Below are positions 35,749 to 45,280 of a stretch of 64,000 nucleotides of DNA, one piece after another. The position numbers and the translations under genes are program-made. The stretch comes from Escherichia coli. Its GTDB lineage: Bacteria; Pseudomonadota; Gammaproteobacteria; Enterobacterales; Enterobacteriaceae. The notes under the pieces were generated by a model that was not told the origin of the DNA, searched no databases, and saw only the letters and a list, made by a program, of their open reading frames with translations. Numbering within the stretch: position 1 is the stretch's first letter; every line of letters starts with the position of its first letter. The stretch is from assembly GCF_024700885.2 (NCBI RefSeq), contig NZ_CP117016.1; one strand, given 5' to 3'.

Positions 35749-36198
35749 TCAGATTGCCTCTTCAAGAATGCGAGTATCAACGTCATGACGTTGGTTGATA
35801 TCGTGGGCCATCAGCTGACAAACATCTTCTAAGTCATGACTTGGGGAAAAGACGCGATCAAATCCCATCTCTTTGAACTTGGTTTCCACGTCAGCGAAGT
35901 CATGTTTTCCGACCACCAGGTTACCGCCCACATAGAGCAGGATGTTACCCAGCCCACGCTCGATGCAGCGTTCGCGCATGCCCAGACAATCGATATCGCC
36001 ATGCCCATAGATAGAGGAGACGACAATCGCGTCAGCACCAGTTTCAATGGCAGCATCAATATATTCGTCCTGGCTGACCATTACGCCCAGATTAATAACT
36101 CTGAAGTCATGGTTGCTAAAAACGCGGTCCAGAACTTTATTGCCTACTGCATGGCAGTCCGCGCCAATAACGCCAATCACAAGTGTTGCTTTCTTCAT
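35749..36198 (-). CDS. glmS: Glutamate mutase sigma (B12-binding, S) subunit, about 149 aa
   Basis: [24 protein letters not shown] contains the DxHxxG cobalamin-binding signature; start at ATG 36198 preceded by AGGA; stop overlaps the glmL start (ATGA). Confidence 0.88.
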   Translation of the reverse strand: MKKATLVIGVIGADCHAVGNKVLDRVFSNHDFRVINLGVMVSQDEYIDAAIETGADAIVVSSIYGHGDIDCLGMRERCIERGLGNILLYVGGNLVVGKHDFADVETKFKEMGFDRVFSPSHDLEDVCQLMAHDINQRHDVDTRILEEAI

Positions 36199-36745
36199 GG
36201 GTAATCCTTTGTAAGACAGAGAGTAAAATAAGTTACACACGTCGTATTTATGGCCGCTCATAACGGCACAGGTTTAATATCACAGGAGTGTCTTTATCTG
36301 ACCGTAATGTTGCAATTGATCTATTTTCAAAATGTCTTTCGGGAAATGATTGTTTAAAGTGTGTTTTCAAATTCTCATTTTAATTCAGTGTGTTATGTCA
36401 ACTAATGTCATGAATGTTAAATTTTTAAAATTAACTTGATTTGATGTATTGAGATAATTGTGATCAACTTCTAATTTGCATTTTTGTGACGTGGCTTTAG
36501 CCATGAGTAAATACATTTCATAAAAGTTAAGTCGAATTTCACTGCAATTCATCTCTGCTTAATGTAAAAATAATGTTGAAAATAACAAATAATTAATGAT
36601 TCATGCGAATTATGACCTTTGTTAGCTCTTTTGATTTTTCGTAAAAAAGAAAAGTACATGAAGGTGCTACCAGTACGAGTAACGTTAATCAAAAGTTTTA
36701 TTACGTCTGGCAATAACGCAGGCCATTTTTCGCGACAGGAGGGAT

Positions 36746-37168
36746 TTAATCAGTATAATCCTCATACAATAGGTCAGGATTTACTGAACCGTTAACGGGG
36801 ATTTGGTGTTGAAATTTAGAAATGGCGGAGTCAATTAATGAAGACAATATCGGAAAAATGACAGTGTCAGAATTAATTTCAATTAATCCTTCTCGTTGTT
36901 GACCAAAAAAGATATTTATCTTGATTTCATTTGTACTACGGCAATCAATATGCAGTAATTTTTGATCGCTGAGATTTTCTGTTTCATAAATGTTTTTGGC
37001 GATAGTCGGATGTATTGATGCCAGACATCTGCTCAGATAAGCCAGATCCTTTAGGGAACACCCCGCTGAGTAGAGGATGTCAGAGAATTTTTGTGTGTCA
37101 ACTGTTGTCTCTGAAGCGTATGTTGCATTGACAGGAAGGGTGTTGAAAGAGATTTGAGATGGGATCAT
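36746..37168 (-). CDS. Hypothetical protein, 140 aa, no recognisable family
   Basis: ORF in a markedly AT-rich block; co-directional with and 80 bp downstream of the 314-aa orphan ORF; coding status unverified. Confidence 0.45.
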   Translation of the reverse strand: MIPSQISFNTLPVNATYASETTVDTQKFSDILYSAGCSLKDLAYLSRCLASIHPTIAKNIYETENLSDQKLLHIDCRSTNEIKINIFFGQQREGLIEINSDTVIFPILSSLIDSAISKFQHQIPVNGSVNPDLLYEDYTD

Positions 37169-37248
37169 TATTTAAATCTTTCCGTGAGTAATAAAAATTA
37201 ATCCCCGGGCATTGTTTAGCAATATTTGCCACAGGGAATATATAAAAA

Positions 37249-38193
37249 TTAAAGTATTTGATTGGCATCGGTTAACTGATCAATAACCAGTGCCAGATTG
37301 GTAAACATTTTGAAAAAGCGATACTGGCTCGGAATATCTCTTTCAAAGACGAAACATTCAATGTCATTGTTTGAAAAATAAAGGACTAGTGTTGCTGATT
37401 CGTCAGGAAAAATATGGAAATATATCTGGTTACCAGAAGGAGGATAGTCCAGATGAAGGGTATCTTTGCCCGTCACATACCTGTTGTGGTCGTGGATGCT
37501 GCGCTCACACTTCATCAGAGGTGTCATGATACTCATGTATTCATCTGATGTTAATATATTAAAATCACCATCCATTTTAAAGAAACGATAAAGTAACAGT
37601 ACATCCTCTTGCGTAACCGGTTCGTTTGTTTTTAGAGGGAAATAAGTGGGAACCAGAAGATGAGGTTCTAATCTATTTTGTTGAGCGCTATAACTAAATT
37701 TGAACATAAATTCCGGATCGCTCATTAATTGAGCGACATAATTATGCCTGGCTTCAAAAATTTTAACTTTTATCAGGTTAAATAAGTCTGTTTCGTTATC
37801 CTGTATTAAAAGACATTGGCCATAGCAGCCAGGCTTTTTTTCATTATAAGCAGAAACGGTTATTCTGTCAGGAGTGTCAACGTTATATCCAAAAGCCAGA
37901 TAGTGACCTTCCTCATCGAGATTTGTTTCCAGGTTATTTAAATTCATCACATGAAGTGTTTGCAATGCTGATTCAATGAGCTGTTGACTCTCTGAGGTAA
38001 ATGTTTCGCGCTGCGTTGTATAAAGTGTATCGATTCCAACGACTATCCGATGTGGGTCAAGGATGGCGGCAATCATCTTTATTACCTGCACAGTCATGGG
38101 TGATGTCATTGATTCTTTATCTGTTTTTAGAGGATCATTAGATGGCCAACCTGAGAAGCGATTGACAGCAGAACTGATATTATCAGGACTCAT
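37249..38193 (-). CDS. Hypothetical protein, 314 aa, no recognisable family
   Basis: Longest ORF in an AT-rich region with no competing frame; no signal peptide or transmembrane segment evident; no motif I can assign. Confidence 0.55.
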   Translation of the reverse strand: MSPDNISSAVNRFSGWPSNDPLKTDKESMTSPMTVQVIKMIAAILDPHRIVVGIDTLYTTQRETFTSESQQLIESALQTLHVMNLNNLETNLDEEGHYLAFGYNVDTPDRITVSAYNEKKPGCYGQCLLIQDNETDLFNLIKVKIFEARHNYVAQLMSDPEFMFKFSYSAQQNRLEPHLLVPTYFPLKTNEPVTQEDVLLLYRFFKMDGDFNILTSDEYMSIMTPLMKCERSIHDHNRYVTGKDTLHLDYPPSGNQIYFHIFPDESATLVLYFSNNDIECFVFERDIPSQYRFFKMFTNLALVIDQLTDANQIL

Positions 38194-38647
38194 AGCAGCA
38201 ACCTCATTGTAATCAAGCGAGGCGCTGAGCGTACTCGGCTATAGAAAAACTAACTTGCAAAAATCGCTCATTTTTCATTTATCAGGCGAAAGTGGTCTCT
38301 GTTCACTCAGAAACAATCACTCCCGCTAAGTCATACCTGTATCATCGATACATTTAAGTGATTATTACTAATGAAACAATAACATAACGGGCTTACGGCC
38401 GGTGCTCATAAACGCAACAATCAATTAACTTTGATAAAAATATGTTATGTAAAATAGCAACAAATTGGCTAATCTAATCAATTGGTATTATAAAAAGTGG
38501 ATAAGGCGGTTCTGTTAAATAAAACACTGGTTTTTTATCTATACCTTTTCATTGTAATAATTGTGTTGCATAAATATTTCACAATAAATTAACAATAAAA
38601 TTACCAATGATCTATGGTTTATACATAATTAACATATTTGGTTGGTT

Positions 38648-38661
38648 TTGATATAAATCAA
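38648..38661. promoter_or_regulatory. FNR-type site TTGATATAAATCAA in the cydA upstream region
   Basis: Perfect TTGAT-N4-ATCAA palindrome about 340 bp upstream of cydA; cydAB is known to be FNR/ArcA regulated. Confidence 0.55.
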
Positions 38662-38998
38662 TTTTTAATTCTTGAAAAAAATCTGCAAAACACGATAAAT
38701 TGTCGTAGATCAAATTGGTGAGATCGTGACAATTTCGCTATAAATTGATCACTGTCGAAAAATGCAAATTTGCTCAATAAAAACCTGTTTATTGTAAGGA
38801 TTTTGCGGCGTAATATAATTACGGGATCAATTTGGTTTATTCATTAACATATTTGTAACTTTTTTATCATTGTCTTTTCCTCTTTTGATGAAATGGCAAC
38901 GATAGAGGCGAGCAAATAATTTTGTATTGGGGCATGCGTGTGACCCTTTCTAACGGGGTTCACTCTCGGAGTCTTCATGCGATGAGCAAGGAGTCATG

Positions 38999-40567
38999 AT
39001 GTTAGATATAGTCGAACTGTCGCGCTTACAGTTTGCCTTGACCGCGATGTACCACTTCCTTTTTGTGCCACTGACGCTCGGTATGGCGTTCCTGCTGGCC
39101 ATTATGGAAACGGTCTACGTCCTTTCCGGCAAACAGATTTATAAAGATATGACCAAGTTCTGGGGCAAGTTGTTTGGTATCAACTTCGCTCTGGGTGTGG
39201 CTACCGGTCTGACCATGGAGTTCCAGTTCGGGACTAACTGGTCTTACTATTCCCACTATGTAGGGGATATCTTCGGTGCGCCGCTGGCAATCGAAGGTCT
39301 AATGGCCTTCTTCCTCGAATCCACCTTTGTAGGTCTGTTCTTCTTCGGTTGGGATCGTCTGGGTAAAGTTCAGCATATGTGTGTCACCTGGCTGGTGGCG
39401 CTCGGTTCAAACCTGTCCGCACTGTGGATTCTGGTTGCGAACGGCTGGATGCAAAACCCAATCGCGTCCGATTTCAACTTTGAAACTATGCGTATGGAGA
39501 TGGTGAGCTTCTCCGAGCTGGTGCTTAACCCGGTTGCTCAGGTGAAATTCGTTCACACTGTAGCGTCTGGTTATGTGACTGGCGCGATGTTCATCCTCGG
39601 TATCAGCGCATGGTATATGCTGAAAGGTCGTGACTTCGCCTTCGCTAAACGCTCCTTTGCTATCGCTGCCAGCTTCGGTATGGCTGCCGTTCTGTCTGTT
39701 ATTGTTCTGGGTGATGAATCTGGTTACGAAATGGGCGACGTGCAGAAAACCAAACTGGCTGCTATTGAAGCCGAGTGGGAAACGCAACCTGCGCCTGCTG
39801 CCTTTACTCTGTTCGGCATTCCTGATCAGGAAGAGGAGACGAACAAATTTGCGATCCAGATCCCTTACGCGCTGGGCATCATTGCAACGCGTTCCGTGGA
39901 TACTCCAGTTATCGGCCTGAAAGAACTGATGGTGCAGCATGAAGAACGCATTCGTAACGGGATGAAGGCGTACTCTCTGCTCGAGCAACTGCGTTCTGGT
40001 TCTACCGACCAGGCGGTTCGTGACCAGTTCAATAGCATGAAGAAAGACCTCGGTTACGGTCTGCTGCTGAAACGCTATACGCCAAACGTGGCTGATGCGA
40101 CTGAAGCGCAGATTCAACAGGCAACCAAAGACTCCATTCCGCGTGTAGCGCCGCTGTACTTCGCGTTCCGTATCATGGTGGCGTGTGGCTTCCTGCTGCT
40201 GGCAATCATCGCGCTCTCTTTCTGGAGTGTCATCCGCAACCGCATTGGCGAGAAAAAATGGCTGCTGCGCGCCGCGCTGTACGGTATTCCGCTGCCGTGG
40301 ATTGCTGTAGAAGCGGGCTGGTTTGTGGCTGAATATGGCCGCCAACCGTGGGCTATCGGTGAAGTGCTGCCGACAGCTGTGGCGAACTCGTCACTGACCG
40401 CAGGTGATCTCATCTTCTCAATGGTGCTGATTTGCGGCCTGTATACCCTGTTCCTGGTGGCAGAATTGTTCTTAATGTTTAAATTTGCACGCCTCGGCCC
40501 AAGCAGCCTGAAAACCGGTCGCTATCACTTTGAGCAGTCTTCCACGACTACTCAGCCGGCACGCTAA
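38999..40567 (+). CDS. cydA: Cytochrome bd-I ubiquinol oxidase subunit I, 522 aa
   Basis: [41 protein letters not shown] matches CydA; start at the second ATG. Confidence 0.96.
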
Positions 40568-40582
40568 GACAGGAGTCGTCAA

Positions 40583-41722
40583 ATGATCGATTATGAAGTA
40601 TTGCGTTTTATCTGGTGGCTGCTGGTTGGCGTTCTGCTGATTGGTTTTGCAGTCACTGACGGTTTCGACATGGGGGTGGGCATGCTCACCCGTTTCCTCG
40701 GTCGTAACGACACCGAGCGTCGAATTATGATTAACTCCATTGCACCACACTGGGACGGTAACCAGGTTTGGCTGATCACCGCAGGCGGCGCACTCTTTGC
40801 TGCCTGGCCGATGGTCTATGCCGCTGCGTTCTCCGGCTTCTATGTGGCGATGATCCTCGTGCTGGCGTCTTTGTTCTTCCGTCCGGTCGGTTTTGACTAC
40901 CGCTCCAAGATTGAAGAAACCCGCTGGCGTAACATGTGGGACTGGGGCATCTTCATTGGTAGCTTCGTTCCGCCGCTGGTGATTGGTGTAGCGTTCGGTA
41001 ACCTGTTGCAGGGCGTACCGTTCAACGTTGATGAATATCTGCGTCTGTACTACACCGGTAACTTCTTCCAGCTGCTTAACCCGTTCGGCCTGCTGGCAGG
41101 CGTGGTGAGCGTAGGGATGATCATTACTCAGGGCGCAACCTATCTGCAAATGCGTACCGTGGGCGAACTGCACCTGCGTACCCGTGCAACGGCTCAGGTG
41201 GCGGCACTGGTGACACTGGTCTGTTTCGCACTGGCTGGCGTATGGGTGATGTACGGTATCGATGGTTATGTTGTGAAATCAACAATGGATCATTACGCGG
41301 CATCTAACCCACTGAATAAAGAAGTGGTTCGTGAAGCTGGCGCATGGCTGGTTAACTTCAACAACACGCCGATTCTGTGGGCTATTCCGGCACTGGGTGT
41401 GGTTCTGCCGCTGCTGACCATCCTGACTGCACGTATGGATAAAGCCGCGTGGGCGTTTGTGTTCTCCTCCCTGACGCTGGCCTGCATCATCCTGACAGCC
41501 GGTATCGCAATGTTCCCGTTTGTGATGCCGTCCAGCACCATGATGAACGCAAGTCTGACAATGTGGGATGCAACTTCCAGCCAGCTGACACTTAACGTCA
41601 TGACCTGGGTTGCGGTGGTTCTGGTACCGATCATTCTGCTCTACACTGCCTGGTGTTACTGGAAAATGTTCGGTCGTATCACCAAAGAAGATATTGAACG
41701 TAACACCCACTCTCTGTACTAA
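40583..41722 (+). CDS. cydB: Cytochrome bd-I ubiquinol oxidase subunit II, 379 aa
   Basis: Membrane ORF following cydA; length matches CydB. Confidence 0.96.
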   Translation: MIDYEVLRFIWWLLVGVLLIGFAVTDGFDMGVGMLTRFLGRNDTERRIMINSIAPHWDGNQVWLITAGGALFAAWPMVYAAAFSGFYVAMILVLASLFFRPVGFDYRSKIEETRWRNMWDWGIFIGSFVPPLVIGVAFGNLLQGVPFNVDEYLRLYYTGNFFQLLNPFGLLAGVVSVGMIITQGATYLQMRTVGELHLRTRATAQVAALVTLVCFALAGVWVMYGIDGYVVKSTMDHYAASNPLNKEVVREAGAWLVNFNNTPILWAIPALGVVLPLLTILTARMDKAAWAFVFSSLTLACIILTAGIAMFPFVMPSSTMMNASLTMWDATSSQLTLNVMTWVAVVLVPIILLYTAWCYWKMFGRITKEDIERNTHSLY

Positions 41723-41736
41723 GTAAGGAGCTAAAA

Positions 41737-41850
41737 ATGTGGTATTTCGCATGGATTCTGGGAACGCTTCTTGCCTGTTCGTTTGGGGTAATCACTGCGC
41801 TGGCGCTTGAGCACGTCGAATCAGGCAAAGCCGGTCAAGAAGACATCTGA
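41737..41850 (+). CDS. cydX: Cytochrome bd-I accessory small protein CydX (YbgT), 37 aa
   Basis: ATG 41737 after GGAG; translation MWYFAWILGTLLACSFGVITALALEHVESGKAGQEDI; too short for the supplied ORF track. Confidence 0.88.
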   Translation: MWYFAWILGTLLACSFGVITALALEHVESGKAGQEDI

Positions 41851-42143
41851 TGAGTAAGATTATCGCAACCTTGTATGCGGTAATGGACAAGCGCCCCCTG
41901 CGGGCGCTTTCCTTCGTGATGGCGCTTCTGTTAGCAGGATGTATGTTTTGGGACCCATCTCGTTTTGCCGCGAAGACCAGTGAACTGGAAATCTGGCATG
42001 GTTTATTGCTGATGTGGGCCGTCTGTGCTGGTGTGATTCACGGCGTGGGCTTTCGTCCGCAGAAGGTTCTCTGGCAAGGGATTTTTTGCCCATTGCTTGC
42101 CGATATTGTTCTCATTGTCGGGCTGATTTTCTTCTTCTTTTAA
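41850..42143 (+). CDS. ybgE: Small membrane protein YbgE, 97 aa
   Basis: Start overlaps the cydX stop (TGATG); hydrophobic 97-aa ORF as in K-12. Confidence 0.88.
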   Translation: MSKIIATLYAVMDKRPLRALSFVMALLLAGCMFWDPSRFAAKTSELEIWHGLLLMWAVCAGVIHGVGFRPQKVLWQGIFCPLLADIVLIVGLIFFFF

Positions 42144-42165
42144 ATCAGAATTCTCTTTAAAAAAT

Positions 42166-42196
42166 TATGGGCCGCTCCAGGCCCATAAATTTTTAC
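42166..42196 (+). terminator. Rho-independent terminator after ybgE
   Basis: Hairpin TATGGGCC-GCTCCAG-GGCCCATA followed by a T-run. Confidence 0.75.
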
Positions 42197-42292
42197 GCTC
42201 CCTTAACTTGCCCTCATTCCCAAACCTCAATCGCGCGCGTATAGTAGCAGCGTTTAAAAGCTCTAACTTTTGTTGCATTACCGGGATGTAAA

Positions 42293-43386
<1,094 letters not shown>

Positions 43387-43389
43387 GCC

Positions 43390-43818
43390 ATGGCCAGAGC
43401 GCGTGGACGAGGTCGTCGCGATCTCAAGTCCGAAATCAACATTGTACCGTTGCTGGACGTACTGCTGGTGCTGTTGCTGATCTTTATGGCGACAGCGCCC
43501 ATTATCACCCAGAGCGTGGAGGTCGATCTGCCAGACGCTACTGAATCACAGGCGGTGAGCAGTAACGATAATCCGCCAGTGATTGTTGAAGTGTCTGGTA
43601 TTGGTCAGTACACCGTGGTGGTTGAGAAAGATCGCCTGGAGCGTTTACCACCAGAGCAGGTGGTGGCGGAAGTGTCCAGCCGTTTCAAGGCCAACCCGAA
43701 AACGGTCTTTCTGATCGGTGGCGCAAAAGATGTGCCTTACGATGAAATAATTAAAGCACTGAACTTGTTACATAGTGCGGGTGTGAAATCGGTTGGTTTA
43801 ATGACGCAGCCTATCTAA
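43390..43818 (+). CDS. tolR: Tol-Pal system protein TolR, 142 aa
   Basis: ExbD/TolR family; single N-terminal transmembrane segment. Confidence 0.96.
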   Translation: MARARGRGRRDLKSEINIVPLLDVLLVLLLIFMATAPIITQSVEVDLPDATESQAVSSNDNPPVIVEVSGIGQYTVVVEKDRLERLPPEQVVAEVSSRFKANPKTVFLIGGAKDVPYDEIIKALNLLHSAGVKSVGLMTQPI

Positions 43819-43882
43819 ACATCTGCGTTTCCCTTGCTTGAAAGAGAGCGGGTAACAGGCGAACAGTTTTTGGAAACCGAGA

Positions 43883-45148
43883 GTGTCAAAGGCAACCGAA
43901 CAAAACGACAAGCTCAAGCGGGCGATAATTATTTCAGCAGTGCTGCATGTCATCTTATTTGCGGCGCTGATCTGGAGTTCGTTCGATGAGAATATAGAAG
44001 CTTCAGCCGGAGGCGGCGGTGGTTCATCCATCGACGCTGTCATGGTTGATTCAGGTGCGGTAGTTGAGCAGTACAAACGCATGCAAAGCCAGGAATCAAG
44101 CGCGAAGCGTTCTGATGAGCAGCGCAAGATGAAGGAACAGCAGGCTGCTGAAGAACTGCGTGAGAAACAAGCGGCTGAACAGGAACGCCTGAAGCAACTT
44201 GAGAAAGAGCGGTTAGCTGCTCAGGAACAGAAAAAGCAGGCTGAAGAAGCCGCAAAACAGGCCGAGTTAAAGCAGAAGCAAGCGGAAGAAGCGGCAGCGA
44301 AAGCGGCGGCAGATGCTAAAGCGAAGGCCGAAGCGGATGCTAAAGCTGCGGAAGAAGCTGCGAAGAAAGCGGCTGCAGACGCGAAGAAAAAAGCAGAAGC
44401 AGAAGCCGCCAAAGCCGCAGCCGAAGCGCAGAAAAAAGCCGAGGCAGCCGCGGCGGCACTGAAGAAGAAAGCGGAAGCGGCAGAAGCAGCTGCAGCTGAA
44501 GCAAGAAAGAAAGCGGCAACTGAAGCTGCTGAAAAAGCCAAGGCAGAAGCTGAGAAGAAAGCGGCTGCTGAAAAGGCTGCAGCTGATAAGAAAGCGGCAG
44601 CAGAGAAAGCTGCAGCCGACAAAAAAGCAGCAGAAAAAGCGGCTGCTGAAAAGGCAGCTGCTGATAAGAAAGCAGCGGCAGAAAAAGCCGCCGCAGACAA
44701 AAAAGCGGCAGCGGCAAAAGCAGCAGCTGAAAAAGCCGCTGCAGCAAAAGCTGCCGCAGAGGCAGATGATATTTTCGGTGAGCTAAGCTCTGGTAAGAAT
44801 GCACCGAAAACGGGGGGAGGGGCGAAAGGGAACAATGCTTCGCCAGCCGGGAGTGGTAATACTAAAAACAATGGCGCATCAGGGGCCGATATCAATAACT
44901 ATGCCGGGCAGATTAAATCTGCTATCGAAAGTAAGTTCTATGACGCATCGTCCTATGCAGGCAAAACCTGTACGCTGCGCATAAAACTGGCACCCGATGG
45001 TATGTTACTGGATATCAAACCTGAAGGTGGCGATCCCGCACTTTGTCAGGCTGCGTTGGCAGCAGCTAAACTTGCGAAGATCCCGAAACCACCAAGCCAG
45101 GCAGTATATGAAGTGTTCAAAAACGCGCCATTGGACTTCAAACCGTAA
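43883..45148 (+). CDS. tolA: Tol-Pal system protein TolA, 421 aa
   Basis: N-terminal anchor, long Ala/Lys/Glu-rich helical domain II, C-terminal domain III. Confidence 0.96.
   Translation: MSKATEQNDKLKRAIIISAVLHVILFAALIWSSFDENIEASAGGGGGSSIDAVMVDSGAVVEQYKRMQSQESSAKRSDEQRKMKEQQAAEELREKQAAEQERLKQLEKERLAAQEQKKQAEEAAKQAELKQKQAEEAAAKAAADAKAKAEADAKAAEEAAKKAAADAKKKAEAEAAKAAAEAQKKAEAAAAALKKKAEAAEAAAAEARKKAATEAAEKAKAEAEKKAAAEKAAADKKAAAEKAAADKKAAEKAAAEKAAADKKAAAEKAAADKKAAAAKAAAEKAAAAKAAAEADDIFGELSSGKNAPKTGGGAKGNNASPAGSGNTKNNGASGADINNYAGQIKSAIESKFYDASSYAGKTCTLRIKLAPDGMLLDIKPEGGDPALCQAALAAAKLAKIPKPPSQAVYEVFKNAPLDFKP
44130..44760 (+). repeat. Imperfect tandem repeats encoding TolA domain II (A/K/E-rich helix)
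   Basis: Recurring DNA units such as gctgcagccgacaaaaaagcagc / gaaaaggcagctgctgataagaaagc visible by eye. Confidence 0.8.
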
Positions 45149-45280
45149 TCGCGATGTTGACTTTTCCGACGGTCAACATCAGGCACCGGTTGCCACGGGG
45201 TTCTGGTAGTTTTGTGTATTTTAGTTTGTTAACATTCTGCTAAATTATCGTGGGCCATCGGTCCAGATAAGGGAGATATG

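Larger units (their letters stand above)
33533..35749 (-). pseudogene. glmL: glmL (glutamate mutase accessory/chaperone-like protein) interrupted by IS26
   Basis: N-terminal 391 codons at 34578-35749 run into the IS and end after 5 IS-encoded codons (ALLQS, stop at 34559); the remaining 74 codons are at 33533-33757 in the same frame once the 820-bp IS plus 8-bp duplication are removed; reconstructed length 462 aa. Confidence 0.85.

Noticed and set aside
35749-36261. 170-aa version of glmS starting at MSGHKYD
   Set aside because: The upstream 21 codons have no RBS and are not part of known glutamate mutase S subunits; the ATG at 36198 with AGGA upstream is the likely start.
44221-44895. 224-aa Ala-rich ORF on the minus strand, and a 154-aa Leu/Pro/Gln-rich ORF
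   Set aside because: Products of reading the tolA domain II tandem repeats in antisense or shifted frames; repeat-driven artefacts.
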